Shown here: piece by piece, positions 51,111 to 64,000 of the stretch
Layout of the letters: each line of letters starts with the position of its first letter
How positions within the stretch are numbered: the stretch's first letter is position 1
Assembly: GCF_009914755.1 (NCBI RefSeq)
Contig: NC_060940.1
DNA length: 64,000 nucleotides
Source of the DNA: the human T2T-CHM13v2.0 reference genome, Homo sapiens
Strand: one strand, 5' to 3'
Notes under the pieces: generated by a model
Database searches by the model: none
What the model saw: only the letters and a program-made list of their open reading frames with translations
What the model was told of the DNA's origin: nothing
Program-made: the position numbers and the translations under genes

Positions 51111-53854
51111 CATTTCACAGTGTTATGGTAAACACAGGCAAAGACAAGAAGGCAAGCACAGATAAGTTGATCGTGGCTCAGTTCTTTGAAGGAGATTAAT
51201 AGGCTTTTGTGGGGATGCAGGGGGAGCTTTCTTTCTGCACTAGTCAGGAAGCCTCTCTGGAGCTGAGACCAGAAAGCTCTACTGTCATGGGAAGAGGCAC
51301 CAGGCAAAAGAGACAGCAAGGACCCATGCCTGGAGGCCAGAAAGGGTGCAGGCTGGAAGGCCAGGCAGACTTGGGCTCGAATCCTGCCCAGTCATTATTT
51401 TCCCTCTGGCAAGGCACTTTACGTTGGTGGGGAAAAGTGATTCTTTTAAAAAGGAGAGTGTAATTCCAAATCACCTGAGTCCATGAGATGACTAATGTGC
51501 TGTCTTCATCCTAGTGCCTGGCTCACATGTGGGTTACAGCTTTTTTACCCTTCTCCCTGGTTTTTGTTTTTAAACGGCTGGGTGGTACTACGTTTATAGG
51601 CTTGGAGAGTTTCCTCCAAAGTGAAATCAATACTGCCAGCCCTACTTTATCGGGAGGGCGGTGATTTCCAAATTGCACAGAACAAATGCCTGTAATATCT
51701 GCATTTCAGAGACTAGAGCCTGTCACCGCTGGAGTAACTGACTGCAGGAGATGAGAGAGGGTCAGTTGGAGGTGGGGGTCTTGGAACTGCAAGGGAGCGG
51801 AGTGTACACTGGCCAAAGGTGGAAGGTGCTGACCAGTAACTGCTTGGAAGCAACCACCGTGTTTCAATAGGATCTCAGTTGCAATCCACTGCTTGTGTGA
51901 AGGAGGGCTGCTGATTCAGCAGCAAAATGGTTGGAAATAAAATGGAAGAAATGAAAAGTAGAACATACGAGTGGTGGCAATGTTTATTTCAACAGGCAGA
52001 GGGCTGGGTGTCTCCATGCAGGAATCCATGACCCTCCCTGGGGGGCTGGCTTCCAATAACATTACTTCCCACTTCCCGAGCGCTTACTGAGTGCTGGGCG
52101 CCTAGCTTTTGAATTCCCACGGTAACCCTATGGGAACTCTGCCATCTCCATTTTACAGATGAGAAAACTGAGCTCAGGGACATTAGGTGACTGCCCAAAG
52201 CCATACTGCTGGTGGGCCCCGGAGCCAAGGTTTCGACCCGAATCTCTTGAGGACAAGGTGCAGTTCCTTTGGCCCACACATTTACAACAGAGAAATTTCC
52301 ATGGACATGAAACAGCCCAGAGATATTATTTCATACCCATTTAGATGAACAAAGTAAAATAAATGGAAAGAAAATCAGAAGTTTGAGGACACCAGTGCTG
52401 GCCAGGAAATAGAGAACCACAAACCCAGGCACACTGAAGGGTGAGAGGTCAATTGCTCCAGGTGTTTGGAAAGCAATTTGGCAGCTTCCAATAAAGTCCA
52501 AGACGTAGCTGGTCCAATGATGCCACCGCAGACATTTAGAGAACTTCTGTAGAGGGGCACAGGGAGACAGCGCTAGAAAGCTCAATGAATCACTGTAACT
52601 GCACAAAACAAAACAAAGCCGACCGCCCTAAATGTTCCTCATTGACAGTGGGTGTATGAGGAGGTGACTGTCCTCCTGGCTGCTGGTACTCTGGGGAGGG
52701 AGCTTTGGTGCCCAAGGCAAGAGACTGAGGTTGAACTCTGGGACTCCCAGGAGGGGCTGATTTTTCTGAGAGCCCCGTGAGCCAAGAGTGGGGACCATCC
52801 TGATTCTCTCGGACAGGGGAAGATCTGAGCAGGGCTCCTGGCTGATTGGAGGCTCCGAATCGCACCTCTTCTCCTGTCCTAATCTCAGGCTCCAGGCCTG
52901 GCTTGCAGTTTCTGGCTCACCGCGCTGCGGTCACCGGCCCACACTCCCAGGAGCGAGGACCCTGGGCAGCCTCCACACCCCCATCAGCCCACTGCACCGG
53001 TCTGCTGCCATTTCCCGCACGCATTTCAGGAGGGCTGGGGACGCCGGCTTCTGCCTGAGGATTTATGGTCCAGGAAATGCATTTTAAATGGATCCCAGGA
53101 TGCTCGGATCCAAGAATCAGACTCTCTCTTGTGCGTGGGAAGGGGGGCGGAGGGTGAGAGTATGTCTGGAGAGAGACCTAGAAACGCCCGAATGGCGGTC
53201 CCACTTTGCTCCCCAAAAGCGCGACCGTTCCCCGAGTGGGGGGGCGCTACCTGTTGGCCAGGGCGCAGGGCGCACGGAATTCGGGTGACTTTGCTCCAAG
53301 ATACACGCGTGTGTCCCGACTCTCACTCAATTTATAGGGGAGAGGGACTCGCCAAATCCCTGTTTTCTGGGGTAAGCCCCCCTCCCCCCACTCTTGGATC
53401 CAAGCTGCCCGGAAGGAAGAAGGAAGCATTGTTTGTCACCGGAGAAAACCACCTGTGGTTTGCAAAGGGCCTCAGTCGAGTCAGGGGCAGGCGGGGCAGA
53501 TCCGAGCCCGGCGGGAGGGGCGAGGCGCGGGGGCGGGCAGGGGCGAGGGTAGGGGCGCTCAGCTGGCAGGTCCTGCTCTGCAGGCCTCACCGCCCAGCTC
53601 CCGGGAGGGGGCCGAGGGCGCCCTGAGTGCTGCGCGCCTTCCCATGACGCAGTTCCTGTGCCTTTAAATCCCACTCCCGGAGGGGGCGGGGGCGCCCCGG
53701 CTGGACCCCGGTTTCCAGTCCGGCGGGGGCCCCGGGGAAGCCCAGGGCGGGGAGCGCGGGGCTGGGGGCGCGGAGGGCGGGGCGCCCGGGGTCCCCGCCC
53801 GCGCGCCGCGCCCTAGCCTGCTGGGCCGCGCCCCTCTTGGGACCGCCGCGCTCC

Positions 53855-53909
53855 GGGGGCGGGGGCGGGGGCGGGGGCGGGGGGCGGGGGGCGGGGGGCG
53901 GGCGGGGGC
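53855..53909 (+). repeat. (GGGGGC/GGGGGGC)n GC-box array, G-quadruplex-prone
   Basis: (G5C)4 (G6C)3 GGGC G5C read directly. Confidence 0.85.
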
Positions 53910-53976
53910 GCGCGGGCGGGCGGGGTGCGGGCGCGCGCCGCGCGGCCCGAGCGCGCGAGCCGGGCCCGGAGCGCAC

Positions 53977-54132
53977 GCCGCCGCCGCCACCGCCGCCGCC
54001 GCCGCCCGAGCCGCCGCATTGCTGCTGCTGCTGCCGCCGCCGCCCCGCGCCCGGCCCGCGGCCCCCAATATGGTGCAGCCGCCAGCGCCGCCGCCCGTGC
54101 CGCCGCCGCCGCCCGCGGGCCCCGCCGCCGCC
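53977..54132 (+). repeat. Interrupted GCC/GCT triplet tracts upstream of the JPH3 start
   Basis: (GCC)4 ACC (GCC)5, then (GCT)4(GCC)4 at 54021-54044, and further GCC runs. Confidence 0.8.
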
Positions 54133-54407
54133 CTCGGGCGCCCGCAGCGCGGCAGCCGCAGGTGGGGGGCCGCGGCCCGGGCCTGAGCTGCCCCCCGCCC
54201 GGCCTCGGCGCGGCGCCCTCCCCGCGGGGCTGCCGGCGAGGGGCCCTCTCGCCGCTGAGGTGGAGCCGCGGGCCCCGCCGCCGCCGCTCCTGCCCCCTCC
54301 CTCCCTCCTCCCCTCCCCCTCCCCTCCGGTCCTGTCTCCAGCGGGAGCGCGAGACGCTGGTCAGGCTCCGCGGCGCAGCTCGAAAAGGAATAATCGCCCC
54401 CGATTGA

Positions 54408-55463
<1,056 letters not shown>

Positions 55464-55624
55464 TGATGGGGAGCGCTAGGGGCGGGGGATGCCAACCCGA
55501 ACCAAAACAGCCAGGCAGTACACTTCTAGGTGGTTGGACGCGGACTAGCGCTGTCGAAGCAGGCTGCTGGAGGGAGGAGGGAGGCCCATCTGCTCAGTGA
55601 GAGCCCAGGAATCTCGTCTTTCAG

Positions 55625-55727
55625 TGGCTGCATCGTTTTCACCATTAGTTGAGGGAATCGATCTGTGCCTTCATTCTAAGATGCCACCGCATTCGGGGCA
55701 GAGCCGGGGCCGGAAGCCAGGGAGCTG

Positions 55728-55777
<50 letters not shown>

Positions 55778-55779
55778 AA
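55625..55779 (+). CDS. JPH3: JPH3 exon 2A, polyleucine frame (acceptor uncertain)
   Basis: Acceptor TCTCGTCTTTCAG|TG at 55624/55625 gives VAASFSPLVEGIDLCLHSKMPPHSGQSRGRKPGSC-(L)16-TAA. AG acceptors ending at 55597, 55648 and 55720 feed the same frame. Confidence 0.55.
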
Positions 55780-56121
55780 GATGGTTTCTGTGCAGGGAAC
55801 CTTGGCCGGCTCTGCAGCTGCCCGCCTGCCTGGACTCTCCGATATCCACTCCTCAGTGCACCTGACACGCATGGAGCCGGTCCTTTCCTGGAAGCCAGAC
55901 CCCAAACAAACTGGCTTCCCCGACCAGTCCACTCCCATGTGGGAGCTTATCCTCAGAGGCACTGGGTCCTCTGCCTCCCTCGGGCGGCTCGCCTGTTTCA
56001 GGCATGGATGCCTGGGAAGGGAGTGAGACGCAGCAATGACTTGTGCTTCTGCCGAGAATAAAAATCCTGAGCGTACGTGTGCTCTAGTCCTCCCCGCCCG
56101 CTCGCTGCCTCCGAGTCTCAT
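55645..56121 (-). CDS. Antisense polyglutamine ORF (HDL2-CAG antisense transcript)
   Basis: In-frame ATGs at 56121 and 55938; the latter gives 54 aa + Q16 + AAPWLPAPALPRMRWHLRMKAQIDSLN-stop. An antisense CAG transcript is described for HDL2; expression cannot be seen from sequence. Confidence 0.55.
55681..55865 (+). CDS. JPH3: JPH3 alternative terminal exon 2A, polyalanine frame
   Basis: Acceptor TTCATTCTAAG|AT at 55680/55681 joined to phase-1 exon 1 gives DATAFGAEPGPEARELP-(A)15-VRWFLCREPWPALQLPACLDSPISTPQCT-stop (TGA 55863-55865). Exon 2A polyAla/polyLeu/UTR splicing is established. Confidence 0.8.
55729..55776 (+). repeat. JPH3: HDL2 (CTG)16/(CAG)16 trinucleotide repeat, uninterrupted, normal-range length
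   Basis: 48 nt of perfect CTG flanked by GGAGCTGC and TAAGATGG, 760 nt 3' of the exon 1 donor, matching the known HDL2 locus geometry. Confidence 0.98.
56057..56062 (+). promoter_or_regulatory. JPH3: Polyadenylation signal of exon 2A
   Basis: AATAAA about 280 nt after the repeat, followed by a GT-rich tract (CGTACGTGTGCTCT). Confidence 0.7.
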
Positions 56122-59100
56122 GAAGAAAGCTCGGAACACCTGCTCCACGGCCACATCCAGGAGTGGCAGGGGGCTGGAGAGTAATTATTATTTTGGCTTA
56201 TGCAACTGAAAAGCAGGGTTCGTTATTACCCGAAGAGGAGGAGGAGTCTGGGGCAGTTAATTATATAATGCTCCTGCCTGTCAAAGCCGTGCCCAGCCCC
56301 GGTCTCAGGCGGCCTTTTCTGTGCCGTTGTTGTTTTCATGGAGCAGGTTGGAGAGCTTCCCTGACCCTGGGGCGCTGAGGGCCGGGCGGGAGCAGACGGT
56401 GCTCCCTTGGTTCCAGGCTGTGGGCCTGTGTGTGTGTGTGCGCGCGCGTGCAGGCACAGGGAGGCCCGGGCAGCAGATGTGGGTGGCTGAGACAGGCAGG
56501 CAGCCTGGCGCTTCCAGCTGGGCTGTTTGGAGCCCAGGGGCTGCTATCACCCCCAGGCTCTGGCCAGGAGGCTCTGCAGACCTGTCCTCCAGAGGTGCTC
56601 CTGGCTGAGCCTGCTCCAGGAGGACTGTGCAGGCCGGGCTCACGCAGGGCATGGGGACGAGAGGAGCCAGGGCTTTCGTTGTCTCTGAAACTCCTGAGAA
56701 TATCTGGGGGTGAGGCTGAGCACCCCACTCTGCCCACGCTCCTCAGACATCTCCAGAGTCCTGAGGAATCATTTCTTTCATTCAACAAATACTGATGGAA
56801 TGTTTGCTATGAGCCAGGTGTGCCAGGCTCTGGGAAAACCACACTGAGCAAAGCAGACAGCCAGGTGTCCTAGGCTTTGGAAAAACCACACTGAGCAAAG
56901 CAGACACAGATCTTTGCCCTCACGGAGCTTACATTTGAGGGAGAAGGAGCGGCGATTATGTTGTGACTTTTTAGGGAAGAAAGGATCTGATTCTGTGGCT
57001 GGCCGTGTAGTTTAGGATCTGACGGGTTAAGGGGAGAGATGTTTTTCTCTATAGGTCCACTTCCCTGGGCTCTCCACTCCAGCCAGACAGCTCCCTCAGC
57101 ATCCTGCTCCCCTAAGCCCTTCCCCTCCTTGTGGTCCTGCCTGATCATGTCCATTCTACAGATGAGGCCAGTAAGGCCCGGGCTTTGTGATTCAGGAGTC
57201 CCAGCCTTTGGCTGCAGGGATCCCCGATCTGTCTGGGACCAAACCCCCCTCGTTCTTGCATCACATTGCCGGAAGAAGCCCAGATTGTCAACATCCTCTC
57301 AAGGGGTATGCGGTTCTTAGCTCTCCCATAAGCAAAGCCAGGCAGGGATGCAGATGGGGAGCTTCATGGCCGGCTCTCCCTTTTGGTTGGCAACATGGCA
57401 TGACAGGAAATAGAATTGACCCTTCTGGTCTTGAGGACTCGGGCCTGGACATCTGGGCCACTTTTCTGGAGGGCTCCCAGCTTCCTGTTGGGAAGGGGGT
57501 GATTATGGCACTGAGTGTCCCCAGGCAGCCCATGGAAGGAGCCTGCAGGGTGTGGGGATCGCCAGAATGGGGCAGAGACCTCCATGCCTCCTTCCCAGTC
57601 AACTGGTGGGTGGTGACAGCCATGTCGCAGTGAGGAAGGAGTTAATGGCCCCAGCTCCACTCTGACTTTTCCTTTGCACAAGAAGTGGGGGAATATTGGG
57701 CAGCCATCAGCGAAGCTCTGGAACCTCAGCCCAGCTCTGGGCGCTGACTTGGGGAAATGGCGATTTTCATGAATGATGCACCAGCGGCCAGCGTATTCCA
57801 CATGTAGCTGGAATTGGTGTGGAATTTCAGCTGGGGACACCTGTGCCAACTCCTCCTCCTCCAGGTGTGTCCTCCCCTTAGGGTACTCCCTGATTGAGCT
57901 GAGTAGCTCCTACCGTCTGCATGGTGAGGCCTGGGGGTGTGGGGTACAGGCACACTTGCTTCCAGTCACAACCCCAGCTTGCATCCTGGGCTTGAATCCC
58001 TGCCCTACATGCCCTGTTTTGTGACCCTGGTTGGATTACTTAACCTCTCTGAGCTTGTTTCTTCATCTTTACAAAAGGTTGATAACAATACCTGTAAGGT
58101 GGGTGAGGATTAATTGAGAATGGTGTGCGTGGCTATGCCAGGAATATAGTAAGCATACATTATTATTTACCGTTAGTTTTTTCATTACAGTTTCCAGGCA
58201 ATGCATGTCACTTACAATGATCATTATTAGAACCAACATCTGGACAGGAGACTGGTGATCATGTAAATGATGTTAAATAGCAACATTAGATACTTACTGT
58301 CTGCCAAGCATGTGGCAAGTGTTAAATGAATTACAGCCCTTAATTCTTACACCTCTAGAGGGTGATTTTCTTGTTATTCTCATTTTCCACACTGGGAAGT
58401 GGAGGCTCCCAGTGGGTGTGGGTTGGGAGGAACCAGCAGGCGTCACACTCAGGACAGCCATCCCAGAGCCTGGGCCTTTGCTAGGTACGTCGCTCTCTAA
58501 ATGCCCCTGTGCAAAAACACCTCCTGTTCTTTCCTCTCGTTTATATCTCTCGTTCTCTTGTGCGTACAGTGGCCCAGAATTGCAGGTGAATGCCCATGCA
58601 CAGACGGGCAAACCCATACACTGCCCAGGACCCCTGGCCCCCTGAGGCCCACCATGCATGCCGGTGCTGCACCGCACAGGTATAGATCTTTCCTTCGGGT
58701 GCTGTGTACACAGAACCCCTCGAATCGAAAGTTACCCCCTCCAATAAGCCCTCCTACACCCTGAAAGATATGAGTCATCTCACGCCCAAGCCTCTCCCCC
58801 TCATACTCAGGTCCCGTTCACCGGCCCAGATTCCTCAACCCACACAAATCACACACACCCACAGTCGGAATTCAGATCCCCCCAGGCGCCTGCGCACACA
58901 CACGCGCACAAAACACCTGCCACCCGGAGACATTTTCCACCCCGTCCCCCAGAACGCAGCCACTGCGCCCTTGCGGCCTTGCTTGCTCTCCACTGGCCAA
59001 GGACTCTGAATCTCCACCAGGCCTGTAAACGGGGAGCTCAGATGACAGAGGCAGTGGTGTGCTTCGTTTCCATTTTAAACACACGTTTATGCTGTTAGTG

Positions 59101-60035
59101 CCCTTTTAGGGAGAAAAATCCCTCATCTCAACAAAATAAACTACCATGGGGCGTATGCTTTGTGCTTGGCTATGACTATGACTATGCAACAAGTAATTTC
59201 TTTTTCAAATGAGTGCCCAGGTTAGAAGGAATCAGGTTCATTGGTGCGGAGATTATGCCAACAGAAACTCATTTCAGAAACAAGAAGCAAGCCCTGAGCA
59301 GTTGGAGACGAAAGCGTTTTCTCCGAGATTCTCTTTCCGCTACTTCGGGGGGCGGGTGGTGAAAGGCTCCGTAAGGTGAAAAGAGAAAGGAAGAAGCAAA
59401 CAGCTATTTTTTTGTTGCCAGTTATAGCTGAGAAACAAATGTGGCTGAAGGGCACCCCTACCCACGTTGGCCGTGAGGCCGTTTGATGGGCTTTGTGTGA
59501 GGAATCCTGAGATGAGCTGGCCGGGGAGTGAGGACCGGCACCCGCCTACAGCAGCGATCTGGAGTAGTGAGTGAGCAGCCCCAGCTGACACAGAGAAGGA
59601 GAGAGAGAACTCTGACCCCTTCTCTTCTGAGGACACCCAGCCGGAGAGAGCAAGAAGGGGTGGAGTGTGGGGGTGGGGGCAGGAGCCTCTGCTGTTCCTT
59701 TCCAAGACTTTTTCTTCCTGTTTTCCCCAAGCCTCCACAACTCTAAATATGATGAGCTCTCAACTGTGAGCTAATAATGTTGAATGTAACGCCCTTTGTG
59801 TCCTTAGATGACAAAAAGACTTGTGAGTACTAGCGGAGAGGGTGATGTTGGTGTGAATTTTCCACATTGGTCCGTGTCTCCGTGGACTGGCCGCTTCCCC
59901 CGCTGGTAGCTTCCTGGCTGTGAGAGGCCATGCGGTGGATGGAGCCACCGCTGCACTGGGGTCCTGGCTCGAACTTGAGTAAGGTGCTGTCTTCCAAGTC
60001 TGGAGAGGAGAGGAGAAGAGAAGAGAGGCAGTCCC

Positions 60036-60056
60036 TTCAGCACCTTGGAGAGCGCT
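60036..60056 (+). promoter_or_regulatory. RE1/NRSE (REST-binding) element in JPH3 intron 1
   Basis: TTCAGCACCTTGGAGAGCGCT versus consensus TTCAGCACCnnGGA(C/G)AGCGCC; canonical 2-bp spacer; unique DNA. Confidence 0.8.
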
Positions 60057-60215
60057 CCCGGCTGCCTGCCTGGGTTGGGTGGACGGCTGGACTCACTTTC
60101 GCTCTAGGCATCCTCTTCAAGCCAAACCATCTCTCCTTGCCAGTGACCGCCTGGTCCCGGACCCTCCAGCACACTCAACCACCAGAAGTGTGCCTATGCC
60201 TGTGCCAGATGTGGG

Positions 60216-61023
<808 letters not shown>

Positions 61024-61223
61024 TAGTAAGATGTATAGAAGTTGCTCTGAAGTCTAAGGTGTATTCCTGCCATAGGATATGTGTGTTCACTTCTCTTGGA
61101 GCATAACAGGGGTCATAGGTGCACAGCCGAAGGCAGGCAGAGGAATGATTTGTCTGTACCAGTCAGTGAAACTGTTTCACCACCATTCTCTTTACATCTG
61201 CCTCAATGGGTGAGTCCTCTAGA

Positions 61224-61840
61224 CCAATGGTCCCCAACCTTTTTGGCACCAGGGACCTGTTTCATGGAAGACAATTTTTCTACCGCCCAGGGTTGAGGGA
61301 TGGTTTTGGGATGATTCAGGCGCATTCTATTTATTGTGTGCTTTATTTCTATTATTATTACATTGTAATATATAGTGAAGTAATAATACAACTCACCATC
61401 ATGTAGAATCAGTGGGAGCCCTGAGTTTGTTTTCCTACAACTAGATGGTCTCATCTGGGGGTGATGGGAGATAGTGACAGATCATCGGACATTAGATTAT
61501 CATAAGGAGTGTGCAAACTAGGTCCCTGGCATGAGCAGTTTCCAGTAGGCTCTGCATTCCTATGAGAATCTAATGCTGCTGCTGATCTCACAGGAGGCAG
61601 AGCTCAGGCAGTAATGCAAGCGTTGGAGAGCGGCTGTAAATACAGACGAAGCTTCACTTGCTTGCTTACTCACTCGCCACTCACCTCCTGCTGTGTGGCT
61701 GGGTTCCTAACAGGCAACGAACCAGTACCAGCCACATTTCACGGGCTCAACAGCCACATGGGACTAGTCGCCACCATATTGGACAATGTAAATCCAGAAC
61801 ATTCCATCAGTGCAGAAAGCTTTATTGGGCAGGCAGCACT
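61224..61840 (+). mobile_element. MER1A-like element followed by MER3-like fragment
   Basis: GGTCCCCAACCTTTTTGGCACCAGGGACC...GTTCCTAACAGGC; then CCACATTTCA...CATATTGGACA. Confidence 0.78.
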
Positions 61841-63104
61841 GGTCTGGAGTGTAAGTTCCATATGGGAAGCGGTTTGTGTCCATGCTGGTCACTGCCATGT
61901 GCCCAGTGACTAAAATGGTGCTGGCACGTGGTGGTCAATAAATATTTGTGGAATGAATGACCTGTGCAAGTAAATGCGGTAGTATTTGGTAATTTTGTTT
62001 ACCGTCATTATTTCGTATGCCTGTTTCATTGCAAGACCTTAGAATTGGACGTAGTTAAAGGAAAGTTTTTCCGTGAGACCCTCATGTCCACAGGTCAGTC
62101 TCCCTTTACAATTAGCATTAAAACATGCCTGTTCTAATTCCTTGATCAGTTTTGTTTTGTGGTTGGCTTTGTCATTGCTCCTTAAGAGACTGCCAGTGTT
62201 TCATATGAGAAAGATGATGGTGTTGAATGCAGTGAATAATGGAGCGATACCAGCAGTCATGACTGGGAGGCATTTTTGGACCACGATTTAATGAGTAGCA
62301 TTCATTGCAAAGTGCAAAGAAAGGCCCATGGAAAGATGAGTACCCTCTAGTCTGCTTAATTCCTCACTATCTTTTTACTGCTCCCTTTTCCTTGGCTTGA
62401 TTCGTTCAGTCATTGGAGAAGCATTTGCCAAGTTCAGACCGTGTTCAAGGCACAAAGACAGAAAAGCTCAGGTCCAACCTCAGTGAATCAGCCTTAAGTA
62501 TTTGCTGAGCATTGAGTATGTACGCAGTACAGAGTTTGTGGTAACGTGGAAGATTGGAAAAAAAGAAACAAACACATAAAAATGAAAATGCAAGAAATAG
62601 GATGTCCTATGTTCTACCAGGAAGAATAAGGAGTCTGAACAGGGATGCAAAACCGAGATATATGGAATAATTCAGGGTTTCTCATGCCACAGTGGGGGTC
62701 CTGAATGGGAGCACCACAGGGCAGGGACCTGAGGAGGGGCAGGGCAGGTGTGTGTGTCCCTGAAGGAGCGGCAGAGGCTTCTGGGGGTAGGCAGTGCCTG
62801 AGTTGAGTCTGGAAGGGCAGTAGGGTGAGAGTTGTTATCCCAAGCCTGAGGCTGCAGATTTGTTCGAGGCCATGTCTCCCTCAGCCTCAGCTTCCCCATC
62901 TCTATGATTTAGTCATGACATTTTTTTCCTTCTCAACATGTGCCATCTCCCTCCTACCTATGAATGTCACGGGTATTGTTCTGGACCCAGGGAAGGCTCG
63001 CTGGTGCAAATGCTTTCCAAAAACACCGAGAGTCGCTCTCTCTGCTGCTGGTGGAGTCTGAGTTGGGCAGGACATGGGCCCGCCTCTGTCTGCTGCTCTA
63101 TGCC

Positions 63105-63960
<856 letters not shown>

Positions 63961-64000
63961 CTGGAGCGTCTGTAGCTGGACATCACTTGGGAGCTTTGAT

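Overview
Human (primate) genomic DNA; the protein sequence identifies the 5' end of JPH3 (junctophilin-3, known to map to 16q24). About 52 kb of repeat-dense upstream sequence (about 30 Alus, old L1M/L2/MIR, MaLR and MLT2 LTRs, MER DNA transposons, several VNTRs) precedes a CpG-island promoter. JPH3 coding exon 1 (54588-54969) encodes five MORN repeats. The Huntington disease-like 2 (HDL2) repeat follows in alternatively spliced exon 2A as an uninterrupted (CTG)16 at 55729-55776, a normal-range allele, with an antisense polyglutamine ORF across it. The window ends inside intron 1. Almost all other listed ORFs are repeat or GC artefacts. I see no convincing new gene system. The most interesting unexplained signals are a near-perfect RE1/NRSE (REST) site in intron 1, three short-range copies of local unique DNA (two taken from the promoter flank), a palindromic TATA plus Z-DNA tract positioned for the antisense CAG transcript, uORFs around a weak-context start codon, and a ~20-bp-period GC/GT-box array. 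Repeat boundaries and subfamily calls were made by eye and are approximate.
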